Assembly: GCA_017654855.1 (NCBI GenBank)
Contig: CM030336.1
Span: 3,286,001-3,350,000 of the forward strand
Reading direction: 5' to 3'
Source of the DNA: Podospora anserina
Taxonomy: Eukaryota
DNA: 64,000 nt
In this document: piece by piece, positions 45,737-59,100 of the stretch
How the letters are laid out: every line of letters begins with the position of its first letter
Numbering within the stretch: position 1 is the stretch's first letter
Translations under genes and position numbers: made by a program
Notes under the pieces: generated by a model
Databases searched by the model: none
What the model was told of the DNA's origin: nothing
Seen by the model: only the letters and a program-made list of their open reading frames with translations

Positions 45737-48700
45737 TATTACAGTTAACCTAACGGCAAGTCGCGCCACATATAAGGCGCAGGTCGCCCCTAGCTAATTA
45801 TTTAGGAAGTTAAGGAACAAGCCGATTAGGGCTAGGCAAAAGTACTATAGCGCCGAGGCTTACGAGCAGTCTGCAGGATGCAAGATACTAAAGATAATTA
45901 AAGGTATAGCACGACGAGTATAATACAGATATAATATACTAAGAGTAATCGGGCCTATAGCAGGGCGAGTACCTTACAGCCCTAAGGTCTATATATATAG
46001 AAGAACTGGCTAGTGTAAATAAATAGTTCCGTAATATATAATTTAAGCTTATATTTACGGTAATTAGTATTTATATTAAGATATTTTATTATATACTATT
46101 TAGTTATACCGAACTAATTATTAAAAGTTACTTTTAATTAATATCCCTTTTAAAGGTTTTATATAGGGGTTTGTTATACGTTATATACTTATTTTAACTT
46201 TATTATAGATAAGTTAAAAGCGTCTTTTTATTACTATAGCCTAACCTAAAAACGTTTAAATAGGAGGCGTTCTACTTAGCTTAATTATCGAAGGATTTTT
46301 TACGGTAGACGCTAGGTCTAGGGTTACTATAGTTTAATAGTTTATTAATTGCGTTAAAGAGTTTAAAGCCGAAGCCTAGCAAACTAGGGAGTAGGTTCTT
46401 ATTCTTTCGGCGGCTAGGCCCACGTACGTAACTAAGTTCCTAGTACCGGAGCGCTATAAAGGCGGAAAGGTAGAGTTTAAAGGTTTTTTAATTTAGTTTA
46501 AAACCTATTTTCGTTACTACCCGGAATAGTTCGATACGGAGGAGTCGAAAGTAATATACGTAATTACCCGGCTTAAGGATAAAACTTTTATTTAGTTCGA
46601 ACCTATTTTTAATAATTATTATAAGGTAATAGCGGAGGATTAGGAGGAGATTACTATTTAGTATTTTCGGAATTACCGAGCTTTCGAAGTAAAGCTTAGG
46701 GAAGTATTTAAGGAATATAATAAAGGTAAGTACGCGTAAGAGAGGCTCGCGAACTTACGGTAAATATATTTAGTAGCGGAATACGTTATTTAGTTTAAGA
46801 TCGATAATCTATATAACGAGATTAACGATAAAGGATTAATATAAACCTTTTATAATAGCTTTAAAGAAAAAATAAAGGATAAGTTATATAAAAAGAAGAA
46901 GCTTAATATTATTAATAAGTATATTACTATAGTTATACGGATCGACGATAAATAATTCTAGTGTTATACGGAAAAAAGAAATTATAATAATCGAAGTTAT
47001 TACGGAAATTATTATTTTAATAATAAATATAAATAGTAATACCCGATTATTAATTACTCCGGTATTATATATTCGGGATTTATAAATATCGACGCTATAT
47101 AATAATAAAAACCGTAAAGCTAAAGCTAGGGTAGAGATAACCGTAAGTATTTTAATTACGGTAAGGTAAAATATTTTAAAAAGAATTACCGGGTATTTAA
47201 GTAATTTAAATAGAAAAAGGAAATTACTATAATAATTATTATATTAAGGGGACCGAGGATTATAAAGGTTATAATTATCGGGTATTAGTAAAGTAAAATA
47301 ATAAATTTCGAAAAAGATTTTAATTAATACGCTAAATAAAAAAAAATAAAGTTTTAAAGGTTACGGGAAGTAATAAAAAGGCTAAAAGCGAAGTATAAAG
47401 AAAGAGACTTTTAAATATTAATATTTTAAAATCGATTAATATAAATTACTATAAAAATCGTTACGGAGGTTATTAAAAATAATAATATTATATAGTAAAA
47501 AGGATTTATTAAATAAACGATATTAAAAAAAATAATATAGTAAGTATAAAATCGTTATTTTATAAAAAATATTATTATTTATAAAGCTTATATATAAAAG
47601 CCGGAAAAAATATTGGAAGGGTAAAAAAGTTATTAATATCGGGATTGCAAAATTATTAAAAAATATATTTATATTTATATAATATATACCTTATAAAAGA
47701 AATACGGTATAAGTTTATTTTAAATATCCGGAATATCGGAGAGTATTTTAATTTTAGTATATTATATATAAATATATAAAGTATTATTAAAGTAAATTAC
47801 TATACGATTACTAACCGTTCGTATTAAAATATATAAAATACTATATTAAATATACGAACGGTTAAAATATAAATAATAATATATATTTTTTAAAAAAAAT
47901 AATATTAAGTTAATACTTAAACCCAGATTACGTACTATATTTATAAGAAAAAGATAAACGATATTATTAAGTAAAGGTATTTAAATAAATAATTAAATAG
48001 AAAAACTATTATTAGATATATATATAGGAAAATATTAAATATATAAAAAACGGAAAATAGGAGGAAATTAGGCGGGTATAATTAAAAAACTTTATATTAC
48101 TAAATAACCCGGAGTAAAAAGATACTTTTAAACGATATAACTATTTAAAAAACGACTCGCGGCCCTTCGCGGGGGCCGGTAACTTTTAATAAACTACGAA
48201 CAGTATTTTCGGAAATATTAGTATAAAGTAAAAGTATAGGATAATAATCCGGTATTTATTAGCGAGGTCGCTACTATATAAAAAGGAAATAAAAAATATA
48301 AATATTTTTAGATTATAATATATTAAAAAGATATTTAAGTAGTAATATTAATAGACGGAGGTATAAAAATAAATTTAATTTCGCTATAATTTATATATTA
48401 AATTAAAATATTATAAAAAAAAAAAAAGGAATAGATTATTATATAAGGATTATTTCCGACGTAAAAGGTTTATAAAAAAATATTATCTTTAAATATTATA
48501 ATTAAAAAAAATAATTTTAATTATATTTAATATTATAAATATAAGACTTTCGAAGGATATAATTTTAAAGTAATTATAGTATAAAGACTATAATCTAAAT
48601 ATCGATTAGAAGGATAGTAATTATTTACAACTAAAAGAATTTTAAAAATATTTAATTAACGATAAAAAATTAAACGTACGTATAAAGTAAAGTATAGGAT

Positions 48701-51700
48701 AAGTACCTTCTATAATATTACTATAAGGAACTTAAAAAATAATAATATACTCTATCGATATAAGTAATAAAATTAAAAAAATAAAGTTAATAATATTAAT
48801 AAAGATATTAAAGGTTAATAAATATATTTATTATAATTATTTAAAAAAAAATAAAAAAAAACTAATACTAATAAAATATTAAAGATATTTAGCTTTTACG
48901 GCTAAATATTTAAAGGGACTTTTAAAGTAAAAACCGTAAAACTATAAAATTAAATTAAAAGAAGAAACTAAATTACGGTTATTTAAAGTTTATTATATTA
49001 ACGATAAATAAAGTAAGGAATTACGGAAATATTTAAACGAAAATTTAAAAAAAAAATATATTAAAGAATTTATATCGTTAGTAGGATACCCTATATTTTT
49101 TATATTAAAAAAAAACGGTAGTTTATAATTATATATAAATTATTATTAATTAAATAACGAAACGGTAAAAAATAATTATTTATTACCGTTAATATTTAAA
49201 TTACGAAATTAATTAGTAAGGGTATAATACTTTATATATTTAAATATATTTATCGGGTATATTTATATATAAATTAAAGAAAGAAATAAATAAAAAATAG
49301 CGTTTTATATATCCTATAGTTATTTTAAGTATTTCGTAATACTATTTAAATTAATTAATATACCCGTAACGTTTTAATTTCTCGTTAATTATACGATTTA
49401 AAAGTATTTCGATAAAATAATAATATATTATTTTAATAATATTTTTATTTATTTATATATTTTAAAGGAGTATAAATAATATATATAAAAGATATTCGAT
49501 ATATTATATAGAGCCGGACTTTTAATTAATAAAAAAAAAATAAGTTTTATATATAAGAAATAATATATTTAAAATATTTAATATTATTAAATAAAGTTCG
49601 TATAGAATTTAAAAAAATTATAATAATTAAAGATTAGTTTATATTATAATTATAAATATATATTAAAAAATTTTTAGGATTTATAAATTTTTATTAAATA
49701 TTTATTTATAAATATATAAATATTATACGGTTATTTAATTATTTAATTAAAAAAAATATAGAATTCCGGTAAAAGTAAGAAAAAAAGTAAGCTTTTTAAA
49801 AACTAAAAAAAGTTATTTTAAAGGACCTAATATTTAAATTATTAAACCTTAATTAATTATTTAAAGTCGAAGCGAATATATTAAATTATACGATTAGTAA
49901 ATAATTAGGGTAGTGAAATAACGATAGTAAACTATATTCGATAATTTTTCTTTTAAAGAAGTTCGAAGGAATACGTTAAAGAAATTTAATTTATAATAAA
50001 AAGTTATTTATTATTATTAAAGTATTCGAAGAATAAAAATTATATTTTAATAATATTAAATACGAAATATAGGTTTATATAGATTATAAAAATCTATAAT
50101 ACTTTATTATTACGAAAGTCCTTAACGTACTGTAAATATAATAATTAAAGTTTTTTTTAAAATTTAATTTTTAAATTAATTATAAAAAAGGTTTAGAAAA
50201 CACTAAAGTAAATATATTTAACCGGCGGGCCGACTACTATAAAAATATATTTAAAAAATTATTATTATTATTTAAAGAAACGTTAAATAGTATTTTTAAG
50301 TATTTACTATAATTATAAATAAAATATTATATAATATATTATAAAAAAATTATTTTTAATAAATATTAAAGGAAATTAAATAATAATATTATAAAGTAAT
50401 ATTAATAAAAAAGATTAAAGTTATAAAATATTTAAAAAGATAATTAAGGAAGATTATAGTATAAAAATTAAATATATATAATATTAAATAATAGAATAAT
50501 ATTAATAATAGAAATTTACGGATCGAAGTTCGGAGGATATATAAATATTATAAAGATTATAAAAAAAATTAAATAATATTTTAATTAATTAAAGATTAAA
50601 AATAATATTAAAGAAACTATTTAATTATATTATACGTACGAGAAAACGAGGGTTGCGAGGTATAAGCCTTATAAATTTCTAAAGTTATTATTAATAATAA
50701 AATAATTATAAAATTTAATTATAATAAACTTTATTATTAAATTACTAAAGTTTAAAAATATAGTAACCGGCGTTAAGTATAATAATATATTAACGGTAAT
50801 CGATAAACTTATTAAATAAATATATTTTTTATTTTATAAAGAAATTTAATTAATAAAGTAATTAATAAATATAGTATTACGATATATTATATTAATATAT
50901 ATATAATTAAAAGAATTTATTACGGACCGCGATATTAAATTTATATTAAAGTTTTAAAGAATATTAATAACGAAGCTAGGGATAATAAGTAAAGCGTTTT
51001 CGGTTTATTACTTTTAAACGAACGGTTAAACGGAATGGTTTAATTAAATTATAAAATAGTATTTATAGAATTATATTAATTTTAAGTAAAACGATTAAAT
51101 TAAATTATTATTTATAGTATAATTAATATATAATATATTATTAATTAAAATAATTAAAATTATATTATTTTTTATAAATTTTAAATATAAAATAAATTTA
51201 CGGTAAAGATTTAACGTTAAAGTATTTAAAGTTAAAATTAAAGTAAATAAATTATATATATTTTATAATAAATTTAAATAAAAATTAAAATTTATAAAAA
51301 AAAAAAATATAAAAATATTATAATATTAAAAAACTTAAAGGACTTCGCTTTAAAAAAAGAAATATAATATTCTTTTTTATATATAATTTATATATTAAAA
51401 AACTTAATAAAAAACTAAATTATAAAAAAGTAAATCTATTTAAAATTAAAAAGAAAATTTTAAAAATAATATTTAAATTAAAATTATTTAATATAATATA
51501 TTTACGATTATATATCTTTTATATTTTACTTTTAAAACCTATATTATCGGTAAATAAAATTAATATATAAGTAATAGCGGAGGATAAAAAAAAATATAAT
51601 ATAAAAAAAATATTAAATTTATAATTTAATAAAGATTAATTAAAATATTTAATTAAATAATTAAAATATTTAATTATAAATAATTTATAAAAACTATAAA

Positions 51701-53104
51701 TATATTTTAATTATTTAAATAAATAAAAAATTTTTTATTAACGATATTTAAACCGATTAAAACCTAAATAAAAAAAATAAGTCTTTAGATTATTATTAAA
51801 TAATAATAATATAAAAACTAAAGAACTTTAATAAGAATCGAACCTATACTTTTAATATAATAATCGATATATTATATATTATATTATAAAGTTAAAAAAT
51901 ATAAAGGGGATTAAATATAAATAATATTATATATTTTAATTATTTTAAAAAATAAAGAATATATTAACGGTAGTATTTTAAAAAGTTAGGAAAAAAGGAC
52001 CGGTTACGCCCGGGTTTAAAGAAAGGTTAAACGACTAGTTAAAGCTTAAAGAAGGATTTAAAAAAAAAAAATCGGAAGGAATAGCGGAAGCGTTTACCGT
52101 TAGTGGGCTATATAGGATAGTAAGCCGTATAGAAAACTCTTTTTCTTTCTCTTTAAAGAGCCGAGATTCGCGACGGAAAGTAATAAAGGCTCGAGCCTTA
52201 AAGGTATATAATTATACTTTAAAACGAAAAAATTTATTTAAAGTAACTTACTTTTTAGTATTTAAACGTTTTTTTTTTTTAATTAAAGGACGGATTATAG
52301 GGATAATTAAAAAAAGAAAAATTAAAAAAAAAATTTATAATTTATATTATAAATATTATAATAGAAACGATTTAAATTAATATATAGGAGGTACCGGTTA
52401 TATTAAAAGGAAATTATATATTAAAGGTTATTTTTTTTATAATAAGTATATTTAAGTATAATAAAATTAAATTTTTTTAAAAAAATATATTTAATTATAG
52501 CGATAATCAATATTTATACGAATTAATTTTTTTATATAATTAAATATAACGGTTAGGATAAGAAAGGAAAAGAATTTATAGTAAAGATACGGAAGAAAAG
52601 GAAATTAATAATTATTTTAGGAATATAATTACCGGGATATTAATTTAAAAAAAGGGGTATTATATTATAATTAATTTAACGGTAAGTTACGTTATATATA
52701 GGGCGTAAGTCGCCCCTAACTAATTATTTAGGAAATTAAGGAATAAACCGATTAAAGCTAAATAAAAGTATTATAACGTTAAAGTTTACAAGTAGTCTAT
52801 AAAATATAAGATACTAAAGATAATTAGAGGTATAGCACGACGAGTATAATGCAGATATAATGTGCTAGGAGTGATCGGGCCTATAGTAGGGCGAGTACCT
52901 TACGGCCCTAAGGTTTATATATATAAAGGAACTAGCTAGTATAAATAAATAGTTCCGTAATATATAATTTAAATTTATATTTACGGTAACTAATATTTAT
53001 ATTAAGATATTTTATTATATACTATTTAGCTATACCGAACTAATTATTAAAAATTACTTTTAATTAGTATCCTTTTTAGAGGTTTTATATAGAGGTTCGT
53101 TATA
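45737..53104 (+). mobile_element. Inner full-length Ty3/Gypsy element (7368 bp) with 442-bp type C LTRs 45737-46178 and 52663-53104; RIP-inactivated
   Basis: Both LTRs are 442 bp with one U3 repeat. TSD TTAGG / TTAAA (G>A). Order gag, zinc knuckle, protease (GAC GGA GGT near 48355), RT, RNaseH, integrase, chromodomain, PPT. Confidence 0.9.
48147..48177 (+). promoter_or_regulatory. Putative -1 ribosomal frameshift signal at the gag/pol junction
   Basis: AAAAAAC heptamer, 7-nt spacer, hairpin GGCCCTT-CGC-GGGGGCC, ~200 bp before the protease motif. Homologous sites near 54555 and 60354. Confidence 0.65.
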
Positions 53105-56100
53105 TTAAAGAAGTATTTAAGGAATATAATAAGGGTAAGTACGTATAAAAGAGGCTCGTAAATTTATAATAAATATATTCGGTAATAAAATACGTTATTT
53201 AGTTTAAAATTAATAATTTACGTAACGAAATTAATAATAAAAGATTAATATAAACCTTTTATAATAGTTTTAAAAAAAAAGTAAAGGATAAGTTATATAG
53301 GGAGGAAAGGTTTAATATTATTAATAAGTATATTACTATAGCTATATAAATCGACGATAAATAATTTTAATATTATACGGAAAAAAAAAATTATAATAAT
53401 TAAAGTTACTATAGAAATTACCGCTCTAACGATAAATATAAACAGTAACACCCGACTATTAATTACTTTAGTATTATATATTCGGGACTTATAAATATTA
53501 ATACTATATAATAATAAAGGCCGTAAGGCTAAAGTTAAAGTAAAGATAATTATAAATATTTTAATTATAATAAAGTAAAATACTTTAAAAAGGATTACCG
53601 GGTATTTAAATAATTTAAATAAATAAAAAAAGTTACTATAATAATTATTATATTAAGGAGATTAAGGATTATAAAGGTTATAGTTATCGGGTATTAGTAA
53701 AGTAAAGTAATAAACTTCGAGGAAAACTTTAATTAATATATTAAATAAAAAGAAATAAAGTTTTAAGGGTTACGGAAAGTAATAAAAAGGCTAAAAGCGG
53801 AGTATAAAAAAGGAAATTTTTAAATATTAGTATTTTAAGATTAATTAATATAAATTACTATAAAAATCGTTACGGAAGTCGCTAAAAATAATAACGTTAT
53901 ATAATAAAAAAAAGTTATTAAATAAACGATACTAAAAAAGTAATATAGTAAATATAAAATTATTATTTTATAAAAAATATTATTATTTATAAAACTTATA
54001 TATAAAAGCCGGGAAAAATATTAAAAAGGTAAGAAAGTCATTAATATTAGGATCGCGAAATTATTAAAAAATATATTTATATTTATATAGTATATACCTT
54101 ATAAAAGAAATATAATATAATTTTATTTTAAATATTTAGAATATTAAAAAGTATTTTAGTTTTAGTATATTATATATAAATATATAAAATATTATTAAAG
54201 TAGATCGCTATAAAATTACTAATTATTTATATTAAAGTATATAAAATATTATATTAAATATATAAACGATTAAAATATAAATAATAATATATATTTTTAA
54301 AAAAAAATAGTATTAGGTTAATACTTAAGCTTAAATTACGTATTATATTTATAATAAAAGGATAAGTAATATTATTAAATAAAAGTATTTAAATAAATAA
54401 TTAAATAGAAAAACTATTATCGGATATATATATAAAAGAATATTAAATATATAAAAAATAGAAAATAAAAAGAAATTAAACGGGTATAATTAAAAGACTT
54501 TATATTATTAAATAACCTAAAGTAAAAAAACGCTTTTAAACGATATAATTATTTAAAAAACGATTTACAGTCCTTTACGGGGGCCGGTAATTTTTAACGG
54601 ATTATAAACGGTATTTTCGAAAATATCGGTATAAAATAAAGGTATAAAATAATAATCCGATATTCGTTAGCAAGGTCGTTACTATATAAGGAAAAAGTAA
54701 AAAAAATAAACGTTTTTAAATTATAACGTACTAAAAGGATATCTAGGTAATAGTATTAGTAAATAGAAGTATAAAGACGAACCTAATTTCGTTATAATTC
54801 GTATATTAAATTAAAATATTATAAAAAAAAAGAAAAAATAAATTATTATATAAAGATTATTTCCGACGTAAAAAGTTTATAAAAAAATATTATTTTTAAA
54901 TATTATAATTAAAAGAAAAATAATTTTAATTATATTCGATATTATAAATATAAAACCCTTAAAAAATATAATTTTAAAGTAATTATAGTATAAAGATTAT
55001 AATTTAAATATCGATTAAAAAAATAATAATTATTTACGATTAAAAGAACTTTAAAAGTATTTAATTAACGATAGGAGATTAGGCATACGTATAAAGTAGA
55101 GTGTAGGATAAGTACCCTTTACGGTATTACTGTAAGGAATTTAAAAAATAATAATATATTTTATTAATATAGGTAATAAAATCGAAAAAATAAAATTAAT
55201 AACGTTAATAAAAATATTAAAGGTTAATAAATATATTTATTATAATTATATAAAAAAAAACGAGAAAAAAGTAATATCGATAGAATATCGAGGATATTTA
55301 GCTTTTACGGCTAAATATTTAAAAGGATTTTTAAAGCGAGGACCGTAGGATTATAAAATTAAATTAAAAAAAAGAGTTAAATTACGGTTATTTAAAGTTT
55401 ATTATATTAACGATAAATAAAATAAAAAATTATAGAAATATTTAAATAAAAATTTAAAAAAAAATTATATTAAGGAATTTATATTATTAATAGAATACTT
55501 TATATTTTTTATACTAAAGAAAAATAATAACTTATAATTATATATAGATTATTATTAATTAAATAACGAAATAATAAAAAATAATTATTCATTATTATTA
55601 ATATTTAAATTATAAAATTAATTAATAAAAGCGTAATACTTTATATATTTAAATATATTTATCGGATACGCTTATATATAGATTAAAAAAAAAAATAAAT
55701 AAAAAATAATATTTTATATATTTTATAATTATTTCGAGTATTTTATAATATTATTTAAATTAATTAATATACTTATAACGTTTTAATTTTTTATTAATTA
55801 TACGATCCGGAAGTACTTTAATAAAATAATAATATATTATTTTAATAATATTTTTATTTATTTACGTACTTTAAAGAAATATAAATAATATATATAAAAG
55901 ATATTCGATATGTTATATAGAGCCGGATTTTTAATTAATAAAAAAAAAGCGAGTTTTATATATAAAATATAATATATTTAAGATATTTAATATCGTTAAA
56001 TAAGATTCGTATAAAATTTAAAAAAATTATAATAATTAAAAATTAATTTATACTATAATTATAAATATATATTAAAGAATTTTTAAGGTTTATAAATTTT

Positions 56101-59100
56101 TATTAAATATTTATTCGTAAGTATATAAGTATTATACGGCTATTTAATTATTTAATTAAAAAGAACGTAGAGTTTCGGTAAGGGTAAAAAAAAAAATAAG
56201 TTTTTTAGGAATTAAAAAAAATTATTTTAAAAGACCCGGTATTTAAATTATTAAACTTTAATTAATTATTTAAAATTAAAGCGGATATATTAAACTATAC
56301 GATTAATAAATAATTAGGATAGCGAAACGACGATAGTAAATTATATTTAGTAACTTTCTTTTTAAAAAAATTTAAAAAGGTACGTTAAAACTACTTAATT
56401 TACAATAAAAAGCTACTCGCTATTATTAAAATATTTAAAGAATAAAGGTTATACTTTAATAATATTAAATACGAAATATAAATTTATATAAATTATAAAA
56501 ATCTATAGTACTTTACTATTACGAAAGTCTTTAATATATAATAAATATAATAATTAAAGTTTTTTTCGGAATTTAATTTTTAAATTAATTATAAAAAGAG
56601 TTCGGAAAATATTAAAGTAAATATATTTAACCGGCGGGCCGATTATTATAAAAATATACTTAAAGAGTTATTACTATTATTTAAAAAAGTATTAAATAAT
56701 ATTCTTAAATATTTATTATAATTATAAATAAAATATTATATAATATATTATAAAAGAATTACTTTTAATAAATATTAAAGGAAATTAAATAATAATATTA
56801 TAAAGTAATATTAATAAAAAAAACTAAAGCTATAAGGTATTTAAAAAGATAATTAAAGAAAATTATAATATAAAAATCGAACGTATATAATATTAAATAA
56901 TAAAACGATATTAATAATAAAGATTTACGGATCGAAGTTTAAAGGATATATAAATATTATAAAAATTATAGAAAAAATTAAGTAGTACTTTAATTAATTA
57001 AAGATTAAAAATAATATTAAAAAAATTATTTAATTATATTATATATATAAAAAAATAAAGAATATAAAGTATAAACTTTATAAATTTTTAAAATTATTAT
57101 TAATAATAAAACAATTATAAAGTTTAATTATAATAAATTTTATTATTAAATTACTAAAGTTTAAAAATATAGTAACCGGCGTTAAATATAATAATATATT
57201 AACGGTAATCGATAGGCTTATTAAATAAATATATTTCTTACTTTATAAAAAAATTTAATTAATAAAATAATTAATAAATATAATATTATAATATATTATA
57301 TTAATATATATATAATTAAAAAAATTTATTACGGACCGCAATATTAAATTTATATCGAAGTTTTAAAGAATATTAATAACGAAGTTAGGGGTAATAAGTA
57401 AAGCGTTTTCGGCTTATTACTTTTAAACGGACGGTTAAACGGAACGGTTTAATTAAATTATAGGATAGTATTTATAGAATTATATTAATTTTAAGTAAAA
57501 TAATTAAATTAAATTATTATTTATAATATAATTAATATATAATATATTATTAATTAAAATAATTAAAGTTATATTATTTTTTATAAATTTTAAATATAAA
57601 ATAAATTTATAATAAAGATTTACCGTTAAAATATTTAAGGTTAAGGTTAAAGTAAATAAATTATATATATTTTACAGTAAATTTAAGTAAAAACTAAAAT
57701 TTATAAAGGAAAAAATATAAAAATATTATAATATTAAAAAGCTTAAAGAATTTTATTTTAAAAGGGGAAATATAATATTCCTTTTTATATATAATTTATA
57801 TATTAAAAGATTTAATAAAAAACTAAATTATAAAAAAGTAAGTTTATTTAAAATTAAAAAGAAGATTTTAAAGACGGTATTTAAATTAAAATTATTTAAT
57901 ATAATACGTTTATAATTATATATTTTTTATATTTTACTTTTAAAACCTATATTACCGATAAATAAAATTAATATATAAATAATAACGAAAGATAAAAAAA
58001 AAAATATAATATAGAAAAAATATTAAATTTATAGTTTAATAGAAATTAATTAATTAGGATATCCGGCTATAAATAATTTATAGGAACTAAAAAAATATTT
58101 TAATTATTTAAATAAATAAAAAAAATTTTATTAATAATATTTAAATTAATTAAAATTTAAATAAAAAAAATAAGTCCTTAAATTATTATTAAATAATAAT
58201 AATATAAAAATTAAAGAACTTTAATAAAAATCGAACTTATATTTTTAATATAATAATTAATATATTATATATTATATTATAAAATTAAAAAATATAAAAA
58301 GAATTAAATTTAAATAATATTATACGTTTTAATTATTTTAAAAAGTAAAAAGTATATTAATAATAATATTTTAGGAGGTTAGGAAGGAAGGACCGGCTAC
58401 GCTCGGGTTTAAAGAAAAGTTAAGCGGTTAATCGAAGCCTAAAAAAAATTTAGAAAGGAAAGATCGAAAGGAGTAGCGGAAACGTTTACCGCCGGCGGGC
58501 TATATAGGGTAATAAGCCGCGTAGAAAACTCTTTTTCTTTTTCTTTAAAGAGCCGAGATTCGCGACGGAAAATAATAAAAGTTTAAACTTTAAAAATATA
58601 TAATTATACTTTGAAATAAAAAAATTTATTTAAAGTAACTTACTTTTCGGTATTTAAACGTTTTTTTTTTTTAATTAAAGGACGGATTATAAGGATAATT
58701 AAAAAGGAAAAAAAAAAGTTAAAAAAGAAATTTACGATCTACGTTATAAATATTATAATAAAAATAATTTAAATTAATATATAAAAAATACCGGTTATAT
58801 TAAAGGGAATCTACGTATTAAAAATTATTTTTTTTATAATAAATATATTTAAGTATAATAAAATTAAATTTTTTAAAAAAATATATTTAATTATAATAAC
58901 GGTCGGTACTCGTATAAATCAATTTTTTTATATAATTAAATATAACGGTTAAGATAAAAGAGAAAAGGAATTTATAATAAAAATATAGAAAAAAGGAGGA
59001 TCGGTAATTATTTTAGGAATATAGTTACCGGAATATCGATTTAGGAAAAGGGGTATTATATTATAATTAATTTAACGGTAAATCGCGTTATATATAGGGC

